A DNA stretch of 64,000 nt from Anaeromyxobacteraceae bacterium. Its GTDB lineage: Bacteria; Myxococcota; Myxococcia; Myxococcales; Anaeromyxobacteraceae. Made by a program: the position numbers and the translations under genes. Where the stretch lies: assembly GCA_047602405.1 (NCBI GenBank), contig JASGHJ010000002.1, forward strand, positions 1,792,001 to 1,856,000. The letters run 5' to 3'. The notes under the pieces are model-generated. The model saw only the letters and a list, made by a program, of their open reading frames with translations, was not told where the DNA came from and did no database searches. Positions within the stretch are counted from its first letter, which is position 1. Each line of letters starts with the position of its first letter. Of this stretch, positions 35,887 to 47,900 are shown one piece after another.

Positions 35887-36366
35887 ATGACGGGCGCCGA
35901 CATCGTGGGGTTCACGGATGGGGAAGCGGTGGTGCTGGCGGTCCACGGGGCGTTCGACGGCGCGGCCGCCTGGACGCTCCGCCTGCGGATGGAGGAGCTC
36001 GGGGCGCGCCGCTTCCTCGTCGACCTCCATGGCGCCGAGGAGGCGTGCGACTTTGCCGCGGGGCTGCTCGCGTCGTGGAGCCGCCAGCACGCGCGCGTGA
36101 CGCTCACCTTCCGCACGGCCGACCCGGGTCACGCGCGGCTCCTCGAGGCCCATGGGCTCGAGGTGGCGCAGGTGGACCCTGACGGGTTGCCGCAGCGCTA
36201 TCGGCACGTACTTCTGCCCACGCCCGGGGTCCAGGGACAGCGCCGCGGACGGCCGCGGGCGAGAATCGCGTCACCCCCATGGACAACGTCCATTTCATCT
36301 CCGGAAGCACCCCGCTCTGCGGACGCGGCGACGCCCTCTGGTGCACCATCCTCCGCGAGGCCGTGA
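35887..36366 (+). CDS. STAS-like domain protein (C-terminal end uncertain)
   Basis: VLAVHGAFDG...FLVDL...ARLLEAHGL. Confidence 0.55.
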   Translation: MTGADIVGFTDGEAVVLAVHGAFDGAAAWTLRLRMEELGARRFLVDLHGAEEACDFAAGLLASWSRQHARVTLTFRTADPGHARLLEAHGLEVAQVDPDGLPQRYRHVLLPTPGVQGQRRGRPRARIASPPWTTSISSPEAPRSADAATPSGAPSSARP

Positions 36367-36476
36367 CCTGCCCCGGCTGTCTCGACCGGCTCCGCGCTGA
36401 CGAGGCGACCGGCGGGCGTACCCCGGGCGGCGCCCGGGGGGCCGCCGGCGCCGCGGTCGCCCCGCACGGACGTTGA
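36279..36476 (+). CDS. Small putative zinc-binding protein
   Basis: VH-x7-LC...VTCPGCL. Confidence 0.45.
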   Translation: MDNVHFISGSTPLCGRGDALWCTILREAVTCPGCLDRLRADEATGGRTPGGARGAAGAAVAPHGR

Positions 36477-36508
36477 CGGCGGGTCGAAGCCCGCCGACGA
36501 TGCGCGCC

Positions 36509-37879
36509 ATGCCGCGCACGCTCATCGAGCCCTTCCGCATCAAGTCGGTCGAGCCCATCCGCCAGACCACCCGCGCCGAGCGGGATCGCCTCCTCGCCGA
36601 GGCGAAGCTCAACCCCTTCCGGCTCCGGGCCGAGGACGTCCTCGTCGACCTCCTCACCGACTCGGGCACCGGCGCGATGAGCGCCGCCCAGTGGGCCGCC
36701 ATGATGAACGGCGACGAGAGCTACGCCGGCGCGCGGAGCTTCTTCCGGCTCGAGGCGGTGGTGCGGGAGCTCACCGGCTACCCGCACCTCGTGCCCACGC
36801 ACCAGGGGCGCGCCGCGGAGCGGATCCTCTTCTCGGTGGCCTGCAAGGCCGGGGACGTGGTCCCCTCCAACTGCCACTTCGACACCACCCGGGCGAACCT
36901 CGAGCACCAGGGCGTCGAGGCCCTCGACCTCGTGGTGCCCGAGGGGCTGCGGCCCGCGGAGGTCCACCCCTTCAAGGGCAACATCGACCTCGGGAGGGTC
37001 GAGGCGCTCCTCGCCCGGGACGGCGCGCGCGTGCCCTTCGGGATGATCACGCTCACGAACAACACCGGCGGCGGGCAGCCGGTGTCGATGGCGAACCTGC
37101 GCGCCTACGCGGACCTGCTCCACCGGCACGGGAAGCCCCTCGTCATCGACGCCTGCCGCTTCGCAGAGAACGCCATCTTCGTGAAGATGCGGGAGCCCGG
37201 GTACGCCGACCGCCCGGTGCGGGCGATCGCGCGCGAGGCGTTCGACCTCGCCGACGGCTGCACCATGAGCGCGAAGAAGGACGGCATGGTGAACATCGGC
37301 GGCTTCATCGCGCTCCGGAGCGACACCTGGCTCGAGGGCGTGCGGAACCTCCTCATCCTCACCGAGGGCTTCCCGACCTACGGCGGGCTCGCCGGACGGG
37401 ACCTCGAGGCCATGGCGGTCGGGCTCGAGGAGGTGGTCGACGAGGCCTACCTCCGCTATCGCCTCAGGACCGCGGAGTACCTCGGCGAGAAGCTCGAGGC
37501 GGCCGGCATCGGCTTCGTGAAGCCGACCGGCGGCCACGCGGTCTACCTCGACGCCCGCACCGTCGTGCCCCACCTGCCCGTCGAGCAGTACCCCGCCTGG
37601 GCGCTCTGCGCCGCGCTGTACCTCGAGGGCGGCATCCGGGGCGTCGAGATCGGCTCGGTGATGTTCGGCAAGCGCAGCGACGAGGGCGTCGAGAGCTACC
37701 ACGCGATGGAGCTCGTGCGGCTCGCGTTCCCGCGCCGGACCTACACGCAGGCGCACTTCGACTACGTCGCCGAGGTGCTGGCCGAGCTGAAGGCGCACGC
37801 GGGCTCCGTGCGGGGCGTCCGCATCGTGAAGCAGCCCCGCCTGCTCCGGCACTTCACCTGCGAGTGCGCCTGGGCCTGA
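36509..37879 (+). CDS. tnaA: Tryptophanase
   Basis: EPFRIKSVE, DLLTDSGT, MSAKKD and LRHFT (tryptophanase-type rather than tyrosine phenol-lyase SGKKD/RFFT). Confidence 0.88.
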   Translation: MPRTLIEPFRIKSVEPIRQTTRAERDRLLAEAKLNPFRLRAEDVLVDLLTDSGTGAMSAAQWAAMMNGDESYAGARSFFRLEAVVRELTGYPHLVPTHQGRAAERILFSVACKAGDVVPSNCHFDTTRANLEHQGVEALDLVVPEGLRPAEVHPFKGNIDLGRVEALLARDGARVPFGMITLTNNTGGGQPVSMANLRAYADLLHRHGKPLVIDACRFAENAIFVKMREPGYADRPVRAIAREAFDLADGCTMSAKKDGMVNIGGFIALRSDTWLEGVRNLLILTEGFPTYGGLAGRDLEAMAVGLEEVVDEAYLRYRLRTAEYLGEKLEAAGIGFVKPTGGHAVYLDARTVVPHLPVEQYPAWALCAALYLEGGIRGVEIGSVMFGKRSDEGVESYHAMELVRLAFPRRTYTQAHFDYVAEVLAELKAHAGSVRGVRIVKQPRLLRHFTCECAWA

Positions 37880-38095
37880 ACTTCGAGGGGCGCTCGGCGC
37901 GCCCCTCCCCGCCGAGCGGAGCTCGTCGGGGGCCCTCCCTGGCAGCGTGCGCGCGATATCCCGTGGCACAGGCGCCGACCTCGGCGCACATTCACCCTGT
38001 GACATGGTTGCCTGTCCGTGAACACGCACTTCCAGTGGCCGCGCCGAGGTGGTACGGATCGCGCTTCCACCCTCGACGGACCGACGGGGAGCCCC

Positions 38096-38461
38096 GTGGC
38101 CATCCACCTCAGCCGCCTCGACGCGCGCACCGCGCTGCTCGCCTCCCAGCTCGTGCCGGCGGCCCCGCGCCACGCGGACCTCCTGCCGGCGCTGCGCCGC
38201 TGGGGCGCCGAGGACATCGAGCTCGAGGGCTCGCAGATCGTCCGCCTCCTCGACGTGCTGCGCCTCACCGCGATCCCGGTCTCCCGGGCGGTCGTCCGCT
38301 CGGTGCCGAGCCCCGAGCTCCGCGAGGACGGCCAGGAGGAGCTCGCGCGGCTCCACAGCCTGGAGGCGACCCTCGCCGAGGCGCTCGCCGGGGACGACGA
38401 GCCGAGCGACGCGCTCTCGCTCGGGCCCGATCCCGCGTGCGAGGGGGCCGGCGAGGGCTGA
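38096..38461 (+). CDS. Hypothetical protein
   Basis: GGGGAG RBS, GC3-biased ORF VAIHLSRLDART... Confidence 0.55.
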   Translation: MAIHLSRLDARTALLASQLVPAAPRHADLLPALRRWGAEDIELEGSQIVRLLDVLRLTAIPVSRAVVRSVPSPELREDGQEELARLHSLEATLAEALAGDDEPSDALSLGPDPACEGAGEG

Positions 38462-38511
38462 GCCCCGCCGGAGGTATCGCCTCGTGGCAGGGCGCTGTAG
38501 CATGGCGCCGC

Positions 38512-39564
38512 GTGAGACGCCTCCTCCTCGTCGACGACTCCCGCACGGTCCGGGACGCCCTCCACACGGCGCTCGACCCGTACGGCTTCGAGCTCGTGGA
38601 CGCCGAGAACGGCGCGGTCGCGCTGCAGCACCTCGGGGCCTCGCACTTCGACCTCGCCTTCGTCGACCTCAACATGCCGGTGCTGGACGGCCCGGCGCTC
38701 GTGCGGATGATGCGCGCGCGGGGGATGGCGACGAAGGTCGTGCTCGTCACCTCGGGCGCGGACACCACGACCGTGGCGGGTGCCATCAAGTCGGGCGCGA
38801 GCGACTACGTCCAGAAGCCCTTCACGCCCGGGCAGATCCGGGACGTGGCCGCCAAGGTGCTCGGCCTCGATCCCGGCGAGTGGGTCGAGAGCCCCGCCGA
38901 CGTCGTCGTGCAGCACTCGAACCCCTGGGTGGCCGGCCGCCTGCGCGGCATCGTGCCGGCCCGGGTCCGGCTCCACGCGAGCGACACCCTCGCGAGGACG
39001 CTGGAGCTCGCCGAGGCGAAGCGCCCCGCGCTGGTCCTCCTCGACGAGGAGGTGCTCGAGGGCGACGTGGTCGCGGCCGCCGAGGTCGTCCGGAACGTGG
39101 TGCCCGGCGCGGCGATCTTCGCGCTCTCCGACAACGCCACGAAGGACCGCGCCTGGAAGCCCGAGGGCCCGCTCGACGGCCACCTGCCGCTCCTCATGGC
39201 GGAGCCCGTGGTGCGCGGGTTCCTCTACCCGATCTTCCTGAGGCCCCTCGTCTTCGGGGCCGGGACCGGCTCGCTCCGCTGCGCCGGCTTCGAGGGCGAG
39301 GCCACGTTCCACGACGCGTACTTCTCCGCCCTCGGCCGGGCCGTGCTCGACACCGCGGTGCGCGAGGACGTGACGCGGGACCTCGCGATCGACCTCACCC
39401 GCGTGCCGCCCTGGGAGCCGCGCATCGCCGCGCTCGTGGCGCTCCTGCGGGAGAAGCTCGACGAGCAGGGCCACGCGCCGACCTTCCGGGTCCCCGGCGC
39501 GCTGATCGCCCCCCTGAAGCACCGCCCGGAGCTCGCGCGGGCGCTGATCACCGGGCCGGCGTGA
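38512..39564 (+). CDS. Response regulator: REC + degenerate REC + STAS-like tail
   Basis: LLVDDS, DLNMPVLDG, KPF; second domain PALVLLD; tail LAIDLTRV. Confidence 0.8.
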   Translation: MRRLLLVDDSRTVRDALHTALDPYGFELVDAENGAVALQHLGASHFDLAFVDLNMPVLDGPALVRMMRARGMATKVVLVTSGADTTTVAGAIKSGASDYVQKPFTPGQIRDVAAKVLGLDPGEWVESPADVVVQHSNPWVAGRLRGIVPARVRLHASDTLARTLELAEAKRPALVLLDEEVLEGDVVAAAEVVRNVVPGAAIFALSDNATKDRAWKPEGPLDGHLPLLMAEPVVRGFLYPIFLRPLVFGAGTGSLRCAGFEGEATFHDAYFSALGRAVLDTAVREDVTRDLAIDLTRVPPWEPRIAALVALLREKLDEQGHAPTFRVPGALIAPLKHRPELARALITGPA

Positions 39565-39635
39565 GCGAAGGTCTCGGGATCGCCTCCCGCCCGTCCGCAG
39601 AACCGCGATTCCCGTTCACTCCCAGAGAACCCGCA

Positions 39636-39686
39636 CCCGTTCGCCCCGAGCGTAGAGGCCGCGAAGCGGCCTCGGAGACGAGGGGC
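39636..39686 (+). repeat. REP-like palindromic element, copy 2
   Basis: CCCGTTCGCCCCGAGCGTAGAGGCCGCGAAGCGGCCTCGGAGACGAGGGGC between convergent genes. Confidence 0.7.
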
Positions 39687-39754
39687 GCCCCGCGGCTCCC
39701 GCCCTGGGACCCAGCGTTGCCGAACTTGAATTCGGCAGATGTTCGCCGACCGCC

Positions 39755-40603
39755 CTACAGCCGCGGCGCCCGGAACGGCGCCCCCATCACGAGCCGCGTC
39801 ACCCGGAACCGCTGCCCCGCGAACGGCGCCAGCAGCTCGAGCATCCGCGCGTCGTCCCCCCGCGGCTCCTCCGCGAGCGCCCAGCACACGAGCCGCGGCG
39901 CGTGCAGGTCGCCCACCAGCACCGCGTCCGGGTCGCCCGCCCCGTAGCCCAGCACCATCCCCACGGTCCATTCGCCGATCCCGTGGAGCGCGAGCAGCCG
40001 CTCCCGCAGCGCCGCGCGGTCGGCGCCGGCGAGGAACGGCCGCCGCGCTTCCTCCCGCGCGAGCGTCACGAGCGCCCGGCCCCGCTTCGGATCGACGCCG
40101 AGCCGCTCGAGCTCCCAGCCCGGCAGCCCGGCCACGACCGCCGGCGGCGGGAAGGCCGTGCCGAGCGGCCCGCGCGTCCCGTGCGAGAGCGCGATCCGCT
40201 TCCAGGAGAGCCGCGCGTCCTGCATCGTCACGCGCTGCTCGAGGATCGCCGCGCAGGCCACGTCGAAGCGCCAGGGCACCGGGACGAGCCGCAGCCCGCC
40301 GAGGCCGCGGTGCAGCCGCCGCACGAGCGCGTGCTCCGGCGCGAAGGTCGCGTGGCCGTCTTCGGGCGGGAGCACGGCGAGCCAGCCCGTGAGCACCGCG
40401 TCGGCGTCCGGCCCGTCGGCCTCCACCACCACCTCGCTGCCCTCGCGGTAGAGCGAGACCCGCACCGGCCCACCGGCGGCGTGGAACGTCTTCACGAGCC
40501 GGTCCGGCCCGAGCTGGGCCGTGGGATCGCCCATGCCCATGCGGTGCATCGCGAACGAGCGCTGCACGTCGAGCGGGGCGAAGGCGAGGCGGGCGGAGGG
40601 CAC
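39755..40603 (-). CDS. AlkA-like HhH-GPD DNA glycosylase
   Basis: AILEQRV, FPPP, LLALHGIGEWT, GDLH. Confidence 0.85.
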   Translation of the reverse strand: MPSARLAFAPLDVQRSFAMHRMGMGDPTAQLGPDRLVKTFHAAGGPVRVSLYREGSEVVVEADGPDADAVLTGWLAVLPPEDGHATFAPEHALVRRLHRGLGGLRLVPVPWRFDVACAAILEQRVTMQDARLSWKRIALSHGTRGPLGTAFPPPAVVAGLPGWELERLGVDPKRGRALVTLAREEARRPFLAGADRAALRERLLALHGIGEWTVGMVLGYGAGDPDAVLVGDLHAPRLVCWALAEEPRGDDARMLELLAPFAGQRFRVTRLVMGAPFRAPRL

Positions 40604-40653
40604 GTTCGCAGCATCGCACGGACCCCGGGGCCCCGGAGCGGCAGGCGCCCCCT

Positions 40654-41040
40654 TCAGAAGTCCCCGGACACGTAGCCGTCCTGCTCGACCCAGCAGACCC
40701 TGGGGTCGATGGACATGAGGAGGGCGTCGTCGCGGGAGAGGCCCGACACCGCGAACCCGGTGATGACCGTCCAGGTGGCGATCACCTTGCCGCCGTACTC
40801 CTGGACGAGGGCCGGCGCGACGGCCTCCGCGGACCCGCCGTTCAGCACGACGATCCACTGCCCAGGCACGCCGGACGAGTGGGGGACGAAGCGGTGCGGA
40901 GGTGCCCCCGGACCGCAGGCCGGATCGGGCGCGCTGTACGCGCGCGCCATCGCCTCCTCGCTCACCTTCGGGCGATCGACGGAGCCGCCGCAGGCGGTCA
41001 GCATGGCGAGAAAGGCGGCCGAAGGGAGCGCACGAGGCAT
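40654..41040 (-). CDS. Lipoprotein with a stand-alone peptidase inhibitor I9 (subtilisin propeptide-like) domain
   Basis: LTAC lipobox; VPGQWIVVL, GF, DPRVCWVEQD. Confidence 0.75.
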   Translation of the reverse strand: MPRALPSAAFLAMLTACGGSVDRPKVSEEAMARAYSAPDPACGPGAPPHRFVPHSSGVPGQWIVVLNGGSAEAVAPALVQEYGGKVIATWTVITGFAVSGLSRDDALLMSIDPRVCWVEQDGYVSGDF

Positions 41041-41218
41041 CGGAGCACCTCCGCGAGTACCCTACGACCTGGCGCTGGGAATTGACGGACCGTGCAGCGA
41101 GCCGCTCCATCCGTGCAGCCAGACGCTCGCCGCGCCTCGCGGCGCGGCCGGATACGAACCCTCTTGGGCCGCGCGCAGACGTCTGCGCGCGGCGGAGAAC
41201 CTCGCAGCAGCCAAAGAC

Positions 41219-41250
41219 GAAGCCCCGAGCCCTTGCGGACTCGGGGCTTC
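41219..41250. terminator. Hairpin just outside the att-like repeat
   Basis: GAAGCCCCGAG-cccttgcgga-CTCGGGGCTTC. Confidence 0.55.
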
Positions 41251-41252
41251 TC

Positions 41253-42335
41253 GTGTGGGCAGCACAGGGCTCTGAACCTGTGACCCTCCGCAAGGACGCG
41301 CTCCCGTCGCCGTTTCATGCGGGACGATGAACTCGCCACGTTTCTGCGCACGATCGAGCCCGCGCACCCGCCCGGAGCGGCTCCGCCTCGTGAGGAAGCA
41401 GGGCGAGGCGGTACTGTTCGCGCTCGGGATCCTCCGCCGCTTGGGCGAACGCCCGAGCCAGAGGCGCTGGCGCGGTTCGATGAAGGCTGGGAACGCTGGA
41501 TCAGGAAGCCCGCCGCGTCCGCTCCGAACGCGACGGGTGGTGACGCGGGCGTGGACCGCGACACCTAGGCGGCGGGCGGGGTCGCAGTTGCGGCCCTGCC
41601 CGCGCGCTCAATGGCCCTCAGCCTCCTGATTGGGATCGGGAGATGGGCGGCGACGAGTCTCAAGGTACGGGGCCAGCGCCCGCATGAGGTCCAGTTCGGG
41701 ACTTCTGCCAGCCCTCGGGACATCCCCCCCCTTGAAGTAGAACTCGCGCTCCGTGTCCCCCACCCGAACGCGAAGCAGGAAATCGACGCCGTCGAATCGA
41801 GCAGTCCTGCGCGATGAAGCCCGACCTAAAGTTCTCCACGGTGTGCTCGTCTACGCTCGCAAGGCGGCGCCCGAGGCCGACCCTAGGATCGAGTTTGACC
41901 CGCCTGACGAGCCCCTTCGTAAGCCGCTGGATAGCCTCATCCCCGTGGACGAGCACGTACGCGTAGTAACCATCCCAGGCGCTCGCCTCCATGTAGACGA
42001 GGCGCTCGCCCGCGGGCGGAGGGTTCGCGGACATGAATCGTTCGACGCCCTGGGCCACCTTGTCCCCGTTGACGGTCGCGCAGGCGGACCCGAGCACAGC
42101 AACGGCGAGCGGCGCGATGAGCCTGAGCGTGATGAGCCTGAGGTGTTCCATGCCGGAAGCATGGCGCCCGCGTTGACCCAGAGTGCGGACTAGAATGGGG
42201 CCCTCTTGGGCCGTTCGCCCATCACCCAGGTTGTCACCTCTGGCCGCCCGGGAAAGGAAACGGGGGGTCAGCGATGTTCGCTAACCCCCCGTTAACCTTG
42301 TGTGGGCAGCACAGGGCTCGAACCTGTGACCCTCC
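41253..42335. mobile_element. ~1.05-kb integrative-element remnant at tRNA-Val
   Basis: Direct repeat of the tRNA 3' half at 41253-41289 and 42300-42335 (36 nt, one extra T in the distal copy); atypical composition inside. Confidence 0.75.
41660..42151 (-). CDS. Hypothetical lipoprotein in the island (probable frameshift at ~41796; C-terminus uncertain)
   Basis: Signal peptide with GSAC lipobox; better reading frame DGVDFLLRVRVGDTEREFYF after GAATC 41794-41798. Confidence 0.55.
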   Translation of the reverse strand: MEHLRLITLRLIAPLAVAVLGSACATVNGDKVAQGVERFMSANPPPAGERLVYMEASAWDGYYAYVLVHGDEAIQRLTKGLVRRVKLDPRVGLGRRLASVDEHTVENFRSGFIAQDCSIRRRRFPASRSGGGHGARVLLQGGGCPEGWQKSRTGPHAGAGPVP

Positions 42336-42374
42336 CCGTGTGAAGGGGATGCTCTACCGCTGAGCTAGCCGCCC
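42303..42374 (-). tRNA. tRNA-Val(CAC), CCA not encoded
   Basis: GGGCGGC acceptor, GCTCAGCGGTAGAGC, anticodon loop TTCACAC, GGTTCGAGCC. Confidence 0.96.
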
Positions 42375-42431
42375 GGGTGCTTCTGCTGTGTTACAGCGGA
42401 ACCGGTGAAACAACTGCTGAAACGGCGGCGG

Positions 42432-42460
42432 AGTATGCCGTCCGGTCGGGGGCCTGTCAA
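42432..42460 (-). promoter_or_regulatory. Sigma70-type promoter for tRNA-Val
   Basis: TTGACA-N17-CATACT on the minus strand. Confidence 0.7.
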
Positions 42461-42805
42461 CGAGGCTTCGCAGGGCCCTTCCCGTTCGACCGGGGGTGGT
42501 CCTGCTCCTCGTCGGCGGCGTCCGCGGCGTCGGCCGCGAGCTGCTCGGAGAGCTCCCGGGCCTTGCGCTTGATGCGCGCGAGCTGCTTCGCGAGCTCCTG
42601 GTACTCCTCGCGCCCGGGCACGCCGGCGGCCTTCAGGAGCGCCGCCTGGGCCTCCTCGAGCTTCTCCTTGCCCTTCTGGGCCAGGCCGACGGCGGTCGCC
42701 ACGGCCTCCTTGCCGCGCGGGTCGTTCATCACGGTGTCCGCGGCCTTCACGACGAACTTCGTGCCCTGCTCGAGGATGAGAATCGGTGAGGCCCTTCTTC
42801 GACAT
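42457..42805 (-). CDS. Small helical phasin-like protein (frameshift at ~42782)
   Basis: MSKKGLTDLILEQG... after correction; GVPGREEYQELAKQLARI resembles PHA-granule-associated proteins. Confidence 0.55.
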
Positions 42806-42834
42806 GACTGTCCTGCCCTTCGAGGCGCCGCCCT

Positions 42835-43246
42835 TCATTGAAACTCGGTCGTGACCGCCGCCAGCGCGGCGTCCACCACCCGACGGTACTCCACCCGGCG
42901 GACGAGCGCCTCCAGAATCTCCCTCGACCCGCACCCGGCCCGACAGCGCCGCCTTCACCGGGTCCTCGCCCCGCATGACCGCCCGCCAGACGCCGTAGGG
43001 CGCCCGGAAGACGTAGGCGGGCTCGAGCTCGAGGAGATCGTCGGGGTCCGGCAGGAGGCGGCACCCGACCACCCGCCCGCCCTCGTGCCGCCCGTAGGCG
43101 GCGACGTCCCGGGGCCAGCCCGCGCCGTCCCGCCCGACCACGAGCCCGCCGTCGCGGCCCAGGCCCGCGAGCGCCCGCGGCAGCTCGGGCTGCCGGTTCA
43201 GCGCCTCGACGACGGCGGCGAGCCACTCCTTCGACGCGAACCGCAT
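42835..43246 (-). CDS. SCP2 sterol/lipid-binding domain protein (frameshift at ~42917)
   Basis: MRFASKEW...W...DPVKAALSGRVRVEGDL. Confidence 0.75.
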
Positions 43247-43248
43247 GG

Positions 43249-44856
<1,608 letters not shown>

Positions 44857-44938
44857 CTCCCCGGATCCCTAGCACGGAATCCGGCCCACCCCCAGTCGTT
44901 GGCCCCGCCCTCCGCCCGCCGCGCGAGCGGTCGGCGCC

Positions 44939-47900
44939 CTACGGGGCCACGACGTAACGGGCGCGCACCTCGAGGTAGTCGAGGCTCACCTCCCCGTCGC
45001 CGGTGGCGCGCCCGGTGGCAGGCAACCGGCACTGCACGGGCAGGTGCTGCCCGAGCAGGTACTGGGAGGGCGCCGCGCCCAGCGGCACCGACCAGTCGAG
45101 CAGCGCGGGAGCGTCCGCGGTGGCGGCGTTGCCCGCGACGAGCTCCCAGCCCGAGCGCAGGGTGGCGCCGTAGGCCCGCCAGAGCGCGAGCGTCGCGCCG
45201 CGATCGGAGGCGCCCCGCGGAGCCCATGCGCCGCCGCAGGCCGCCCGCACGCGCAGCCCCGCGAGCGTCGCGAGGTCGAACCCGCCCGCGCCGAGGTCGA
45301 GGTCCGCGTGCACCGCCGGGCTCTTCGCCGGATCGAGCTCCGCCTCCCACAGCCCCCGGGACCACGGGTTGATCACGTCGCCGCTCCCGGCGTCTCCGCC
45401 GAAGAGCACGAGCGTCCGGCGCAGGGTGTCGTAGCCCATGCCGAAGCCCGCCCGCGGCGACGGGGGCGTCCCGTAGGTCGCGCGCTGGCGCCAGCGGGCG
45501 CCGTCCCACTCCCAGAAGTCGTTGAAGTAGGTGTAGGGGAACGCGCCCGTCCGTCCGCCGAACATCATGACGACGCCGCGGTCCGGGTCGTAGGCCATGC
45601 GGTGGTCGCACCGGGCGGCGGGCCAGGGCTCGCTGGCCGCGGGCTGCCTGCGCGTCCACGCGCCGACCGTGGGCGACGTGGCGTCACCGTCCCACTCCCA
45701 CAGCTCGTCGAGCGCGGTGGTCCCGGCGCAGCCGCCGAACGCCACGATGACCCCGCCCCGCACCGGGCTGTAGGCGAGCGCCGGAGCGCGCCGGGCGCCC
45801 GGCTGCGTCCCGCCCGCCGGCGTGCGGTCGAGCCAGGCGGCGCCGGTCCACTCCCAGACGCGGTTGTCCGAGCCGCCGAACAGCACGCCGCGTCCGCGGC
45901 CGAGATCCCAGGCCATCGCGGCGGGATCGCGCGTGCCCGGGTTCGAGGTCGACGCGAGCGTCGCCCAGCCGCCCGCCTCGGTCCACCGCGCCACGTCGTT
46001 GTTGGCGGTCGTGACGTAGCCGCCGAAGAGGAAGAACCTCCCGCCCGCGGCGGGATCGTACACGAGGGCCGAGTCGCGCCGGGCGGTCGTCGCGCCCGCG
46101 TTCCACCAGCGCGTCCCGTCCCAGCGGTAGTACTGGCCGATCGCGTCCACCGAGCCAGGCCCGGCCTGCCCGCCCACCACGTAACACCCGCCGCTCCCGA
46201 CCGGCGTGCACGCCAGCCCGGGACCGCGCACGGCGGCGGGCGGGCCCGGCGGCGTGGCCGGGCACGGCCACCCGGTCGCCGTCAGGCGGAGCTCGTAGGC
46301 GAAGATGCCGGACGTGAGGTCGCGGCCGCCGAAGAGCATCGTCGCGTGCGCGAGCGGGCTGTGGGCGAGCTGGATCGAGCGGCGCCGGATGGGCTCGCAG
46401 CCGGTGTACGGCCCGTTGATCGCGGCCCAGCCCTTCGACGTCCACCGGTAGGTGAGCTGCGTCTCGTCGTTGACGTAGCCGCCGGTCATCACCACCGCGC
46501 CGAGATCGGCGTCGTAGACCATCGCGTGGCCCGAGCGGGCCGGAGGTGCGACGGTCCCCGACCACGGGCTCCAGTCCTTCCCGTCCCAGAGCCAGGTGTC
46601 GGGGAGGTCGCCGCCCGCGCCCTTGCCGCCGAAGAGCACCACCTGCCCGAGCGCCGGGTCGTAGCCGAGGGCGTGCTCGGCGCGCGGCGCGAGCGCGGGC
46701 GGGACCGGCAGCGACCGCCAGCCCTTGCCGTCCCAGATCCACGCGTCCGCGAGCGGCGTGCCGGCTGCGTCCCTGCCGCCGACGAGCAGGACCTGCCCGC
46801 GATCCACGAGGTCCACCATCGCGGCCGCCCGGCGCGGCGACGGCCCCGCGCCCGTCGCGAAGCGCCGGCCCCAGGCGGAGCCGTTCCAGGTCCACAGGGC
46901 GTCGGTGGCGGTGGCGCCCGGGCCGCCGCCGAAGACGAGGACGACCGAGCGCGCGCTGTCGTAGACCATGGCGTGCCCCGACAGCGGGCCCGGCCCCTCC
47001 CCGGCGTACGGACGCGCGCGCCACGCGCCGTCCCACTCCCAGACGTCCGCGAGCGTCCCCTCGTTGGCGTTGCCGCCGTACATCACGATGACGCCGCGGC
47101 TCGGGTCGTAGGTCATCGCGTGGGCCTCGCGGGCCGGCGGCACCGGGGCGGCCTCACCGGCGACGGCGAACGGGATGCCGAACTCGGCGCGCAGGCCGGT
47201 CCCGTCGAGCCCGGCCACGGCGGCGTCGTCGCCGACGCGCACGGTGCGCTCGTCCACGTAGGTCGCCTGCGCCGCCGGCCGGGTCTCGAGGCGATGCGGC
47301 CCCGCGTCGCCCACGGTCCCGCGGAGGGTGCCGACCCACTCGACGTTCCGGACGGCCACCGGCGCGCTGGCGTTGCCCGCGTCGTCGAGGCCGCGCACCC
47401 AGACGCGGGGCGCATCGCTCGCGAGCGGCGTGCGCGGCCACGCGCCGCCCGCGCCCGGGGTGAGCTCCGCGAGCAGCCCGAACCCGTCCTTGCTCGCGAG
47501 CACCTGCACGCGGCGGAGCGGCGCGGCGCCGCCGAAGGAGAAGGTCCCGGCCGGCAGCGTCGCGCTCCCGCCCAGGGTGTCGGCCGGGGCGAGCTCGAAG
47601 TAGGGGCCGGCCGGCAGGACCCACCCGGCCACGGTCTCGCTCACCTGGTTGCCCGTGGGCGAGCGGACGAAGGTCACCGCACCCTGGTTCACGACGAGGG
47701 CCGGCGCGGCCTGCCGGACCACCACGGACGGGCCCGGCAGCGGGGCCGACGCGTTCCCGGCGGCGTCCCGCAGGGTCACGACGGTCGCGAGCGTGCCGGA
47801 GGAGGTCCCGGCGTTCGCGAGCCCGGTGAACGCGGCGGTCCCGGCGGCCCCGGACACGGCCGGGACGAAGTCCAGGCCGGCGGGCGCGGTGGTCTCGAGC

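Noticed and set aside
36509..37879. Tyrosine phenol-lyase
   Set aside because: SAKKD and RHFT motifs favour tryptophanase.
41253..41289. Second tRNA-Val gene
   Set aside because: Only the 3' half is present; treated as an att-like repeat.
41317..41629. Integrase fragment in the tRNA-Val island
   Set aside because: No recognisable tyrosine- or serine-recombinase catalytic motifs in these short ORFs.
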